Origin: an uncultured bacterium
Lineage (GTDB): Bacteria; Verrucomicrobiota; Verrucomicrobiia; Limisphaerales; UBA8199
DNA length: 64,000 nt
Assembly: GCA_963749495.1 (NCBI GenBank)
Contig: CAVVMW010000021.1
Location: 320,001 to 384,000 of the forward strand
Reading direction: 5' to 3'
Below the pieces are notes generated by a model, which saw only the letters and a program-made list of their open reading frames with translations, did not search any database and was not told where the DNA came from. A program made the translations under genes and the position numbers. Positions 19,389 through 30,150 of the stretch are shown piece after piece. Numbering within the stretch: the first letter of the stretch is position 1; the number at the start of each line of letters is the position of its first letter.

Positions 19389-19859
19389 TCAGAGCGCGAG
19401 GAACTGTGGGCGGAGGCCCTTGGAGTCCGAGTGGAGCAGGGCGATGGTGCGGGGCAGGGCGAAGCGGGGTTTGCCGGCGTAGCCCGGGTTGAAGAAGAGG
19501 ATGCCGTGGGAGGTATCGCAAAACGGCTTGTGGGAGTGGCCGAACACGACGGCCGCGGGCCGCTCGCGGGCGATGGCGGCGCGGAGCGAATCGCTCGGGG
19601 CAAGGGGATTGACAATATGGTGCAGGAGGAACCTGCGGCCATCGAGCTCGACGGTTTCGAAGAGTTTGAAGCCAAGAAACGGGTCGTCGGTATTGCCCGC
19701 AACGGCGGTGACGGGGGCGAGCAGGCGCAATTGGGCCAGCAGCCAGGGCTGGCCGATGTCTCCGGCGTGGAGGATGTGCTCGACGCCCGCGCCCCGGAAC
19801 AGCCCCGGAATGGTCGAATCCAGGAAATTGTGCGTGTCGGAGATGACGCCGATGGTCAT
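19389..19859 (-). CDS. YfcE-like metallophosphoesterase
   Basis: ISDTH, HAGDIG, GNTD, FGHSH, NPG. Confidence 0.9.
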   Translation of the reverse strand: MTIGVISDTHNFLDSTIPGLFRGAGVEHILHAGDIGQPWLLAQLRLLAPVTAVAGNTDDPFLGFKLFETVELDGRRFLLHHIVNPLAPSDSLRAAIARERPAAVVFGHSHKPFCDTSHGILFFNPGYAGKPRFALPRTIALLHSDSKGLRPQFLAL

Positions 19860-20485
19860 CAAGCGTCTTGCGGTTTGACGCCCTCTTCGCTTTCCGGCTC
19901 CGCGTCTTCGGCAGGCTTCTCCTCGGCCTCTTTTTCCTCGGCTGGTTCCGGGGCTTCGCTCAGCTTCATGGCGCCGGCGAACAGGCCGGTGAACAAGCCG
20001 CCACTCAGGAGTGTATTGCGGAAGAATTCGAGCGTGGTCGGGTAGCCGTTGGTGCCCTTGGTCAGGGCGATGAGCCAGCCTGAGAGGTCTTTGGGGTATT
20101 CCGGGTTGGCGAGCCATGCCGCCGTGTTGGTGATCAGGTAGAAGACGATGGCGCCCAGGATTCCCCCCGAGAGCAGGCGCACGAACGAGGACCGCGGGCT
20201 GAAGCGGGTGCCGAACCAGATGATGCAGCCGTAGGCGCCGTAATTGACCAGCATCCCCGCCGTGAAGGCCTGGACGTGATAGTAACACAGGTTGAGGACG
20301 ATGTTGGTGAACACCAATGTCCCCAGCGGCAGCCACCACTTCGTTGTGCGGGGGAAGAAGGCGCCGGCGCAAAAGGCCAGGCCGTAGAACGCGCTGAAAT
20401 TGGGCGGGAACAATTTGGGCCAGCGCGACAATGCGGCCAGCGCCATGAACAGATACGGCAGGCACTTGCTCCACTTCTCAGTCAT
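19859..20485 (-). CDS. DUF6580-like membrane transport protein
   Basis: SR...PPNFS, FYLITN.A.W, FFRNTLLS; multiple TM segments. Confidence 0.7.
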   Translation of the reverse strand: MTEKWSKCLPYLFMALAALSRWPKLFPPNFSAFYGLAFCAGAFFPRTTKWWLPLGTLVFTNIVLNLCYYHVQAFTAGMLVNYGAYGCIIWFGTRFSPRSSFVRLLSGGILGAIVFYLITNTAAWLANPEYPKDLSGWLIALTKGTNGYPTTLEFFRNTLLSGGLFTGLFAGAMKLSEAPEPAEEKEAEEKPAEDAEPESEEGVKPQDA

Positions 20486-20566
20486 GCGGGCAGCATACTT
20501 TTCCGAGGCCCAATGGCAAGGGCTTCGTGGGTTCTGGGTTAAGGCCTCAGCGGGAGTGACACGGCA

Positions 20567-20729
20567 GGCGGACCCCTCACCCCAACCCTCTCCCCATCGG
20601 ATGGGGAGAGGGAGAGTTCTGCGTCGCGGCTTGAGGAAGCGGAGACGGTTGGAAGTTCCGGAGACTGCTGACGCTTCTCCCTCTCCCCTTCGGAAGGGGA
20701 GAGGGTTGGGGTGGGGTGGGGCTCCGCCC
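20567..20729. repeat. REP doublet family A, copy 2
   Basis: Arms and internal spacer homologous to 6648-6807. Confidence 0.85.
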
Positions 20730-20773
20730 GGCACTGCGTCTCCGCCTTGATTGACCGACTACATTCTGGGGGA

Positions 20774-22139
20774 TTACGGCTTGGCGTGGCTCAGGGCGTA
20801 GGCGCGGGCGGTGGTGTAGTACTTGGCGAGCATGCAGGGCACTTCCCAGGCGGGCATTTGGTTGGCAGCCAGGAAGCCCAGGTAACGCTCCGTGACCTGG
20901 CCAAAATGGGCTTCGTGGCCGACGCCGTATTTTTGGGGAACAACGATTTGCCAGGATTGGCCGGCGGCTTTCAGGTCGAGGCCGGGCCAGGTGGCGGAGA
21001 GTCTGGCGACGGCTCCGCGGAGGACTTGCTCGAAGACGGCGGGAGCGATGCCCGGGTTTGGCTCGACATAGAGGGTGGGGACATAGTGCTGCTCGGGGCC
21101 CTGGACGACGCGCAGCGAGGCGGTCGTGCCCCGCAGGACCGAGAAATGGCTGTCTTGGGCGCCAGGCGGGGCCTCGAATCGCCACAGGGCGCGGACTTTG
21201 GCATGGACGCCGCGCAAGGACCAGGCGACCTCGCCGTTTTGAAAGACCTCCAGCGCGCCGTCGGAGCGCACATCCGGTTTCAAAAAATCGGGGTAATCGT
21301 CCAGTCCGGTCACGCGCCGGAACTGTTCGAGGGAGAGCGTAGTGGGCCAGCGGCGAGCGGCATAGACCCGGACATCCTTCTGCCAATCCAGGGCCTGCTC
21401 GGGGAAGCATTCCCATTGGACCAGGTTGACCAGGTGGGTGCCCACGTCGGGGATGGCCTCCCCTTGCTGGCGGACATCGAAGAACCAGGCGGGCCGGCTC
21501 AGGGGCTTGCCGGCCACCTCTTTGAAGAAATGGTGGATGCTCTCCATCTCGACGGCCGCGCGCTCCGGTGAGCCGGGTTCGAGGAGGCCGAAGACGTTGG
21601 AATCTCGGGCCAACTCGCGCTGGAGGATGCTGGCGATCTCGTAGCGCTCGGTCATGATGTCGTAGAGCAGGACTTTCCTGGCGGCGGCGGTCGCGAAGGC
21701 CCGACGGAGGAGTTCGAAGCCATCGGGGGTGATGGACATCGGCTTGTCGGCCAGGACGTTGAGCCCAGCCGTGACGGCCCGCTCGATGTACTCGGTTTTC
21801 CGGGCGTTGTTGCCGGAGATGACGACGACGTTGCCCGCTTTGTCCCGGACCATCCGTTCGAGGAAATCGGGGCCGGCATAGACCTTCTCCTCCCAGTGGG
21901 TGGGGTTGTCGGGGCGGGTGTTGAAGCTGGTGATGCGCTTGAGGTGCTCATCGAGGTCCGGCCCGGCGGGGGCATACACGTGCACCGTGGGGCTCGACCT
22001 CGGGGTACATGAGCTTCTGCACCAGGCCGGCGTGGAAATGACCGGGGTCGAGCGTGATGAGCCGCACGGCGGCCTCCGCTGCACCCGCCGACGTTACAAG
22101 AAGAAAGGAAACAAACAAAAAGGCAAAGAGAAGTTTCAT
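20774..22139 (-). CDS. Secreted putative oxidoreductase (Gfo/Idh/MocA-related); frameshift near 21985
   Basis: Signal peptide, [32 protein letters not shown]. Confidence 0.8.
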
Positions 22140-22146
22140 AGGTCTT

Positions 22147-22242
22147 ACAGGAAACGGAGGAAACGAACAACATTTTACAGAAGGAAACGAAGGAAACAAA
22201 GGGCCATAGGGCGGGGCCTTCGTTTCCTTCGTTTCCTTCTGT
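22147..22242. repeat. 9-mer periodic inverted repeat (ACAGAAGGAAACGAAGGAAAC...)
   Basis: Arms 22177-22202 and 22217-22242 plus an extra degenerate arm. Confidence 0.85.
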
Positions 22243-22251
22243 GAGTCTCTT

Positions 22252-22655
22252 TCAAGGTTGGTTGGCACCGGGCAGAATGAGACGGTGAATGCCGTTCACG
22301 AGCTTGAGTTCATGAAAGTTGATCAGGAGGCCAACGGGGATGTCGAGCAGCTTCATGTAACTGAGGAGTTTGGCCTTGTGGATGGGGAGGACTTCCTGAA
22401 CCGCTTTGAGTTCAAGGAGCAGGCAATCTTCGGCCAGAACGTCAAAGCGGAGCGGCTCCTCAAAAACGATTCCCTTGTACTCGATCTTGACGTCCCGCTG
22501 GTTGACCGCGGCTACGCCTCGAAGGCTCAATTCGCGCAGGAGGCACTTTTCATAAATGCTCTCGATGAGCCCGGCCCCTTAAGCCGATGCACCTCAATGG
22601 CTGCGCCAATCACCGTATGGCTGAGTTGGTCGGCCTTTTGGAACAGCGGATGCAT
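22252..22655 (-). CDS. GxxExxY protein; frameshift near 22568
   Basis: MHPLFQKAD...[14 protein letters not shown][L]IESIYEKCL...RFD...ELKA...LLSYM...GLLINF. Confidence 0.88.
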
Positions 22656-22666
22656 GGGTGGATACT

Positions 22667-22851
22667 ACAGAAGGACACCATGAAAACAAAGGACATATCA
22701 CAGAAGGAAACAAAGGAAACGAAGAACTGAAAGGAGAATTGCTCGCTCGTGGATGGGACAGACTCGCTTGGGAACGCCCGGGCTCCAGACGTGTAAGGCT
22801 GGCTGGGCCGGCCTGACTCTTCTATTTTTTGTTTCCTTCGTTTCCTTCTGT
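22667..22851. repeat. 9-mer periodic inverted repeat, same family as 22147-22242
   Basis: ACAGAAGGAAACAAAGGAAACGAAG ... TTTGTTTCCTTCGTTTCCTTCTGT. Confidence 0.8.
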
Positions 22852-22859
22852 GGATTCCT

Positions 22860-24308
22860 TTAGGCTTTCTTGAGCAGGGCGTCGCTCCCGTAAGGGGCGC
22901 GTTGGGGGCGGGAGCGGAGGGCGTTGGCCTCGGGGTCGTCCGGGAAGGCCTCTTTGACGGGGTCCCAGCGGAGTTTGCGGCCCAGTTTCATGGCTATCCA
23001 GCCCAGTTCGCAGGCGCTGGTGGCGCGGTGGGCCTGCTCCGGCGAGGTGGCTGCGCGGCCCCGCGAACGGATGCTCTGGAGCCAGTCCAGGTGGTGGTCT
23101 GAACTCTTGTAGAGATGGATTTCGTTGGGGCCGATTTTGGAGTCGAGGATCTTGGGGTCGCTGGCGGCGATCGGCTGGTCTTTGGTGACGTTGGGGTCGC
23201 TGGCAGTAGCGCGGGCGCCGCCGCGGCTCACGAAGAGCCAGCCATCGGAACCTTCGAAACGCACGCCGTTGGCGTAGTGATCGTCGAGGATCATCGTGAC
23301 GCCGTTGGCGTATCTGGCCTCGATGTGGTAAGGGCCATGCACGTTCCACAGGCCCTGCTTGGGGAACTCTGCGCGGCCTTCGATCTCGATAGGGCCGGTC
23401 AGTTCGGTGTCCATGCCCCAGTGTGCGATGTCAACGTGGTGCGAGCCCCAGCCGGTGATCATGCCCAGGCAATACGACTCGATGCGCAGCCAACCGGGGC
23501 GGTCGGTGACGTTGACCTCTTCCACGAGTTGGCCGCCCTGGCGGCGGTGCTGAGGGTGGACGCGGTTTTCAGTGTAGGGCGCCAGCGGGGTGCAGCCCAA
23601 CCACATTTCGTAATTGAGGTGGGGTGGCACGGGCATCTCCTTTTCGACTTGGCCGGCTGGGTCGGTGGGCAGGCCCACGCGAACGGTGTGCAGCGTGCCG
23701 ATGCGCCCGTTGCGCACCAGTTCGACCCCGCGCCGGAACTGGGGCCAGGGGGCGTCGGAGCGTTGCTGGCTGCCGATCTGAAAGGCGCATTTCTTTTCAC
23801 GAAGGATGTCGCTGACGATCCGGCCTTCGGACAGCGTCATCGAGAGCGGCTTCTGCACATAAACATCCTTGCCGGCCAGTGTGGCGGCCATGATCAGCTC
23901 GGCGTGCCAATGGTCGGGCGTGCTGATGGCCACCGCATCGATGGCGGGGTCTTTGAGCAACTCGCGGTAGTCGCCGTAGCTCTTGACCTCGAGCGGCGCG
24001 CGGGCGCCGGTCTTATCGGCATAGTGCCGCTCGACGCGTTCTTTGGCCCTGGCCAGGCGCTTGGAATCCAGGTCGCACACGGCCACGATGCGGGCGGCGT
24101 TGTAGTGCTTGAGAATTCCGGGCATGTCCATCTCGTTGGCAATGCGGCCGCAGCCAATCTGGCCGACATGGATGAGATTGCTCGGGGCGCTCTGGCCGAA
24201 GACCGAGGAGGGCAAGATGGCCGGAACGGCCAGCACGCCGGCTGCGGAGACCCGGATGAAGCGGCGACGGGAGAGGACGGCTGCAGGCAGGGGGTTAAGT
24301 TTGGTCAT
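22860..24308 (-). CDS. Tat-exported Gfo/Idh/MocA oxidoreductase
   Basis: SRRRFI Tat motif, IGCG, TPDHWH, QKP, QIGSQQRS, WGSHHVD. Confidence 0.92.
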   Translation of the reverse strand: MTKLNPLPAAVLSRRRFIRVSAAGVLAVPAILPSSVFGQSAPSNLIHVGQIGCGRIANEMDMPGILKHYNAARIVAVCDLDSKRLARAKERVERHYADKTGARAPLEVKSYGDYRELLKDPAIDAVAISTPDHWHAELIMAATLAGKDVYVQKPLSMTLSEGRIVSDILREKKCAFQIGSQQRSDAPWPQFRRGVELVRNGRIGTLHTVRVGLPTDPAGQVEKEMPVPPHLNYEMWLGCTPLAPYTENRVHPQHRRQGGQLVEEVNVTDRPGWLRIESYCLGMITGWGSHHVDIAHWGMDTELTGPIEIEGRAEFPKQGLWNVHGPYHIEARYANGVTMILDDHYANGVRFEGSDGWLFVSRGGARATASDPNVTKDQPIAASDPKILDSKIGPNEIHLYKSSDHHLDWLQSIRSRGRAATSPEQAHRATSACELGWIAMKLGRKLRWDPVKEAFPDDPEANALRSRPQRAPYGSDALLKKA

Positions 24309-24372
24309 AGTGGAATCCTTTCAAATTTCAAGTTTCAAGTTCCCCATCCAGCGCCTGATTCAGGTCCGGCGG

Positions 24373-25154
24373 TTACTTTGTCTCTCCCATGGCCCAGCGG
24401 ATGCCGCCCAGGATGAGCTGGGTCAGCCTGGGGTCCGAATAATGTTCCGGCTTGTGGCCCAGGGCGGTGTACCACTCGCGTCCGCCGTCGAACTGGTGGC
24501 GCCACGCCAGGGGGAACTCGTCGCCGAAGAGCCTGCCGGGGTACTGGCCCTTGGCGGGGTCGTCGAGGCTCGCCAGGTCGCCCGCCAGCAGCACGTGGAG
24601 GTCGTTGGCCATGTTATCCACGAAGTAAAACTCGTCGGTCCACTGGAACGAGGCAGGCAGATGGGCGGTCGAGGGGTCATTGGGGTCTTTGACCTTGACG
24701 GTGAAGGGCTGGAGCCTGGGGTGGCGCTTGAATTTGCCGCCGAGCATGGACCAGAACCACGGCCACTGGCGCATCGAACCGCAGGCCGAGTGAATGCCCA
24801 CAAATCCGCCCCCGGCGCGAATATAGGCCTGCAAGGCGGCCTTTTGCTCGTCCGTGTCGAGGATCTCGTTGTTGGTGTTGTCAAAAACCAGGGCCTTGTA
24901 ACGCTTGAGATTGCCCTCGGTGAAAACGGCCGGGTCGTCCGATACGTCCACGGCAAAGTGGTTTTCCGCGCCGAGCTTTTTGATAGCAGCCACGCTGGCG
25001 GCAATGTTGTCGTGGACGTAAAGTCCCTGGCCGACCTGGTTTCTCGTATAGACCAGCACACGGGGTCCGGTGTGCCGGCGGCGGCCGGGAGCGGGAGCGT
25101 CAGGCAGCCCAGGAGGAGGCAAGCCGCAATCATCATTCGAGGCATGAGGCGCAT
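24373..25154 (-). CDS. ThuA-like domain protein; frameshift near 25070
   Basis: Signal peptide in one frame; GGGFVGIH, W.DEFY, WYTALGH in the next. Confidence 0.85.
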
Positions 25155-25303
25155 AGGCAGTTTCTGGTACTACGTTGGCTCAGTTGTTGCCGGGCCGTGT
25201 CGGGGCGGGGCTCTCCAGCGCTGCCCCCGCAGCCTGGCGGCATTATGATCGCCCTGGGCAGGTTATCAAGCGGGAAGCAACGCCCCCGGTTCTACCTTGG
25301 TAT

Positions 25304-25370
25304 CTTTGTCGCAACCTTTGTCGCAACCTTTGTCGGACCGGGCATTTTGCGACAAAGGCCGCGACAAAGG
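25304..25370. repeat. 12-mer periodic inverted repeat (CTTTGTCGCAAC)n / (CGACAAAGG)n
   Basis: Related arrays at 34449-34482 and 38459-38541. Confidence 0.8.
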
Positions 25371-25395
25371 CCCGCAACACGAGTGCTTCGGCCCC

Positions 25396-26373
25396 TCACC
25401 TCACCAGTCGGCGCCAGGCGGCGGGAAAGGGATAGGCCAGAACGGAGCGCCAGATCAGGCCCTTGACCTGGGAGCGGCTGATCTTGAGCCGGTGGGCGGC
25501 ATCGAGGACGTTTCCGCAGCGCAAGAGCTTGAGCGTCTCGACTCCGATCAGAATGGGCCAGGCGCAAGCCAGACGCACACGGGTGCAGCCGCGCGGCAGC
25601 GCGTCGGTATAGTCCCAGCCGGCCAGCAAATGGCCCTTCGCCCGGTCCAGCAAAGCATTATAGAGCGGGCGAAGCCGGGCCTCGTTGGCGGGTTCGAGGA
25701 GATCCGGCGGGGCCAGCTTGCAGTCCGCCAACGCATCCGCCGGCAGGTAGCATCGCCCTTTCCTCAAATTGACGGGCAAATCGCGCAGGATATTGACCAA
25801 TTGCAATCCCTTGCCAAAGCGGACGCCATTGGCAAGGAGAAGGGCTTCATCGAGCGGCGCTTTGGGGAAGAGATGGGCGCGGCACATCCGTGTCCAGAAC
25901 TCGCCCACGCAGCCGGCGACGCGATATGTGTAATCGTCCAGCTCGGCGTCTGTGCGGAGGCTGATGATTCTCCAGGCCGAGGCGCCGGCGAACCGGCGCA
26001 GGTCCAGGTCCTGTCCGCTGGTGATGATGTCGAGCACCTGGCGGACGCGTTGCTGGTCGGCGGGGGCCAGGGCCTGGAGCAGCGCCAGGCTCTCTTCAAT
26101 CCGGTCCAGCAGCCGGCCTTCGGCAGGGGAGCCCTGGCGCCGTGCCAATTCGCCCAGGTCCAGCGGAGCCTGGCTCTGGCCCAGGATGCGCCGGCGCAGG
26201 GCCTCCAGTGCCGCCAACCGGCGCTCCAGGGACACCAACTCCGTGTCCGCAATCGTGTCCGTGGTGCGCGCCAGCAAATAGGCCAGCCCGATTTGCGGCC
26301 GAATCCGCCCCGGCAGCACGCGCAACGTGAGGTAGAACGAGCGCGAGACATCCTTGAGGAGGGAGGTCAGCAT
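25396..26373 (-). CDS. Squalene/phytoene synthase family (farnesyl-diphosphate farnesyltransferase-like)
   Basis: VSRSFYL, YLLAR.TDTIAD, Y.Y.VAGCVG, GLQLVNILRD, GRCYLP. Confidence 0.9.
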   Translation of the reverse strand: MLTSLLKDVSRSFYLTLRVLPGRIRPQIGLAYLLARTTDTIADTELVSLERRLAALEALRRRILGQSQAPLDLGELARRQGSPAEGRLLDRIEESLALLQALAPADQQRVRQVLDIITSGQDLDLRRFAGASAWRIISLRTDAELDDYTYRVAGCVGEFWTRMCRAHLFPKAPLDEALLLANGVRFGKGLQLVNILRDLPVNLRKGRCYLPADALADCKLAPPDLLEPANEARLRPLYNALLDRAKGHLLAGWDYTDALPRGCTRVRLACAWPILIGVETLKLLRCGNVLDAAHRLKISRSQVKGLIWRSVLAYPFPAAWRRLVR

Positions 26374-26474
26374 GCCCGGATTGGAGCGTTGGATGTGCGT
26401 GCCATGCGGGCCATAGACTAGCCAGGAAGGCAGCATGAAGGCGAGATCAAACCCTGGGAGATCTGGCTGACGCC

Positions 26475-26681
26475 CAGGGACGTTGACAAAGTCGTAGCGC
26501 AGGTTTCCAAACCTGCCGTATCGCCGATTTCCAAATCGGCAGGGCGTTCAACATATCGGGCGCGCCCGGTTTGCGGACGGCCTGCGGGTTTGGAAACCCG
26601 CGACACAGCAGACTTGGAAGTCTGCGCTACGCTGGCGCCCCTGGCGCACAGGCGCACCGAGCGACCTTGTCAATAGCCCTG
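26475..26681. mobile_element. ~207-bp MITE-like element, copy 2
   Basis: CAGGGACGTTGACAAAG ... CCTTGTCAATAGCCCTG; colinear with 19125-19329. Confidence 0.75.
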
Positions 26682-26693
26682 GCCCCCATGGCC

Positions 26694-26764
26694 TCCCTTT
26701 TGTCCCTTTCGTCCCTTTCGTCCCTTCAACAAGGGACAAAAGCGACAAAAGCGACAAAAGGGAC
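26694..26764. repeat. 10-mer periodic inverted repeat (GTCCCTTTC-like / GCGACAAAA-like)
   Basis: Tandem units in opposing orientation forming a hairpin. Confidence 0.7.
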
Positions 26765-26834
26765 GGACTTCGGATTTCGCATTCTCTGGCCCACCGAGTT
26801 GACCTTTTGCGCGCGAGCCTCCATGCTCGAAGGC

Positions 26835-28075
26835 ATGCAAGATGTGGCGGTGCTCAAGACGTACCTGGAACAACACCTGCCTGCGGGCCTGGAGCTGCTG
26901 CGGGAAATGGTTGGCATCAACAGTTTCACGGGCAATCCGGAGGGGGTGAACCGGCTGGGCCGCTTTACGGCGCAGTGTTTTGCGCCGTTGGGTTTCCAGG
27001 CCCAGTTCGTGCCCTCGACCAACCCGGCCTGGGGCAAGCACCTGGTCATGGTCCGGCCCGGACGTTCGGGCAAGAGCATCGCCTTGATCTCGCACCTGGA
27101 CACGGTCTTTCCGCCGGAGGACGAGGCGCGGAACAACTTCCGCTGGCAGCGCGAGGGGGATCGCATCTTTGGTCCCGGCACGGTGGACATCAAGGGCGGG
27201 ACGGTGATGATGTGGCTGGTGCTCTGGGCCTTGCGCCAGCACGCGCCGGAGGTCTTCGAGGCGATAAGCTGGAAGCTCATCTGGAACTCGTCCGAGGAGG
27301 CCTTCTCGCCCGACTTCGAGCAGGCCTGCCGCAGCCGTTTCGACGCGGCCACGCTGGCGGCGCTGGTGTTCGAGGCCGAAGAGCATGCGGGCCAGGAAAG
27401 CCTCCTGGTGACGGGCCGAAAAGGCCGGGGGGCCTGGCGCGTGACGGCGACGGGCCGCGCTGCGCACGCGGGGGGCAGACACCCGCACGGGGCCAATGCC
27501 ATCGTTCAACTGGGCCTCACGCTCCAGCGCATCGCCGCGCTCACCGACTATTCGCGGGACCTCACCTTCAATGTGGGCACCATCTCCGGCGGCACGGTGG
27601 TCAATCGCGTCCCGCACGCGGCCACGGCTGAGGGGGAATATCGCGCCTTCTTGCCGCAGGTCTGCGCCCAGGCCAGGGAATCCCTGCTGGCCTTGAACGG
27701 GCCCGGCGAGGTGCGCAGCCCGGCCGACGGCTATGCCTGCCACGTCAAGGTCGAGATCGTCGAGGAGTGGCGCCCCTGGCCGCCCAACGCGGCCACCGAC
27801 CGCCTCTGCCAATTCTGGACGCAGGCGGGCGCCCAACTCGGCCTGCGCGTTGGCGGCCAGGCCCGCGGGGGCTCAGCGACGGCAACGGCATCTGGGACGC
27901 CGTTCCGACGCTCGACGGCCTTGGGCCCTGGGGTGACAACGACCATTGCTCCGAGCGCAGCCCCGACGGCTCCAAACTGCCCGAGTTCGTTTCCGCCGCC
28001 TCGTTCGTCCCCAAGGCCGCCCTGAATGTGCTGGGGATCTTGAAGCTGGCCGCGCCGGCCGTTGCGCGCGCATAG
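26835..28075 (+). CDS. M20 family metallopeptidase (glutamate carboxypeptidase-like); frameshift near 27870
   Basis: SHLDTV, GPGTVDIKGG, SEE, GRAAHAG, G.SDGN, DGLGP. Confidence 0.88.
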
Positions 28076-28113
28076 CCCGCATCCTGAGCAGTCCCTGCGG
28101 TGCATTGCAGAGG

Positions 28114-28269
28114 GACGACCCCTCACCCCGGCCCTCTCCCCTCCCAGGGGAGAGGGAGAAGCTTCGCCCGTCTCTGGAACTTGCGAGCATGTCCGCTTCC
28201 TCCTGCCGCTACCGAGGATTCTCCCTCTCCCCTTCTGAAGGGGAGAGGGCCGGGGTGAGGGGTCTGCCC
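28114..28269. repeat. REP doublet family A, copy 3
   Basis: Same arms as 6648-6807. Confidence 0.85.
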
Positions 28270-28340
28270 GCGGTGCCGCTCGCGCCTGCACTGAGGTATT
28301 ACCTGGTGCGGTGTAACCTCCTGCCCCGCCCGCGCGTATA

Positions 28341-30143
28341 ATGAGTAGAACTATGATTGCGCTCCGAAAAACACTCTTGCTCTGCGGGTTGGCGTTGCCA
28401 GTGTTGGTCCTTCAAAGGGCTGTGGCGGCCGAAGGATTGCCCCCGGCCAGCCTGTGGATTGGGGGCGATGCCGCCCTGGTGATCGAGGTGTCCGAGCCAG
28501 GCGCGTTGCTGGAGCCGCTGCTCAGTCCGGAGGCGGGCAGGGCATGGGCGGCACTGACCGAGAACCAGAAGGGCAATCTGAAGTTCCAGCAACTGGAGGG
28601 TATGGTGGCGTACCTGGAATTGCAGCTCGGCACCAACTGGCGGGCCGGGCTGAGGCAGCTTCTGGGCGGGGGTCTGGCGTTTGCCATCGAGCCTGGTGGC
28701 GGGGTGTTGCTCGCTGTGGACGCCAAAGACGGGAAGGTGCTGGGCCAGTTGGAGGAGGTTGTGCGGCACTTTGCGGCCAGCGAAGCAGCCAAGCAAGGCC
28801 GCACCGAGCAAGTCGCCTCCCGCGAATACCGCGGCGTCACGACCTGGTCGCTCTCGACCAACGAGTCGCACGCCATCCTGGGCAGCCGCCTGCTCCTGGC
28901 CAATCGCCCGGCGGCCCTGGACCGGGCGTTGGACCTGCGCGCCCAAGCCGCGGGCAAAGACATCACCTCCGTGCCGCTTTACCAGGCGGCCCTGCAGGCG
29001 GTGGGCAAAGACGCCCTGGGCAGGGTCTTTGTGAACATGCAACTGTTGCGCCAGGCGCCCAACGTCAAAGAGGCCCTGGCCAAAGAAATCAATCCGATGG
29101 GGGCGCTGCTGCTGGGCGACACCAAAGAGGCGCTGGGCCAGGCCAATTGGCTGGCGTTGGGCGCCTATATCCGGGATGGCAAACTGGTGCTCAAGGCCTT
29201 CACCGACGGCCAGGCGCCCGCCACCTCCAAGGCCGCAGCCTTCGCGACGCCACACCAGCCCGGTGAAGGGATCATGCCCGCGCTGGACGTGCCCGGGGGC
29301 ATCGCCTGCCTGAGCCTGTACCGGGACTTGCGCGCCTTCTACTCCGCCAAGGACGACCTCTTCCCGGAACGAACCTCGGGCCTGGTCTTCTTCGAGAACA
29401 TGATGGGGATCTTTTTCAGCGGCATCGAATTGACCGAGGGCGTGCTGGGCCAGACCCGCCCGGACCTTCGAGTGGTGGTCGCCGTCCAGCGCTATGATCC
29501 GTCCATCGGCACGCCGGCCTCTCAAGTGCCCGCCTTCGCCGCCGTCCTGCGCCTGCGCAATCCCCAGGCCTTCGGCGAGACCGTCGAGGAGGCCTGGCAG
29601 AAGGCCATCGGCCTGGCCAATTTCACGCGCGGACAGGACGCCAAGCCCGGCCTGATTCTGGACCGCGCAACGCACAACGGCGTGAAATACTCGCTCTCCT
29701 ATTTCCGTCCGCCGGACGGCCAGGACAAGTCTGCCATCGACACCCGCTACAACTTCCGCCCAACCCTGGCCCGGCCCGGCGATTACCTCATTCTCAGCTC
29801 GACCGACGGGCTGGCCCGGGACCTGATCGATGCCGTCCAGAAAGAGTCAGCCGCCGCGCCTAAGCCCTCCCAGGCCACCCATGCCGCATTGGAACTGGAC
29901 GGCGCCCAACTGCACGCCATCCTCGTTGCCAACCGCGAGCAGTTCATTCGCAAGAACATGGTCGAGAAGGGCAACAGCCGCGCCCAGGCCGAGGCCGAGA
30001 TTGGCATCCTGTTGGCGGCGGCAGGCTACCTGGACCGGGCCGCCCTCACGCTTGGACGCGTCCATGCCTGCCCCCAGGCAACACTCGAACTCAAGTTCAA
30101 GGCGCCAGGCGGCCCCACCGAAAAGACCGAAGCCATGAAGTGA
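28341..30143 (+). CDS. Secreted hypothetical protein (DUF3352-like)
   Basis: 600-aa ORF with host codon bias and signal peptide; first gene of the DUF1800/DUF1501 unit. Confidence 0.65.
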   Translation: MSRTMIALRKTLLLCGLALPVLVLQRAVAAEGLPPASLWIGGDAALVIEVSEPGALLEPLLSPEAGRAWAALTENQKGNLKFQQLEGMVAYLELQLGTNWRAGLRQLLGGGLAFAIEPGGGVLLAVDAKDGKVLGQLEEVVRHFAASEAAKQGRTEQVASREYRGVTTWSLSTNESHAILGSRLLLANRPAALDRALDLRAQAAGKDITSVPLYQAALQAVGKDALGRVFVNMQLLRQAPNVKEALAKEINPMGALLLGDTKEALGQANWLALGAYIRDGKLVLKAFTDGQAPATSKAAAFATPHQPGEGIMPALDVPGGIACLSLYRDLRAFYSAKDDLFPERTSGLVFFENMMGIFFSGIELTEGVLGQTRPDLRVVVAVQRYDPSIGTPASQVPAFAAVLRLRNPQAFGETVEEAWQKAIGLANFTRGQDAKPGLILDRATHNGVKYSLSYFRPPDGQDKSAIDTRYNFRPTLARPGDYLILSSTDGLARDLIDAVQKESAAAPKPSQATHAALELDGAQLHAILVANREQFIRKNMVEKGNSRAQAEAEIGILLAAAGYLDRAALTLGRVHACPQATLELKFKAPGGPTEKTEAMK

Positions 30144-30150
30144 CTCTGAA

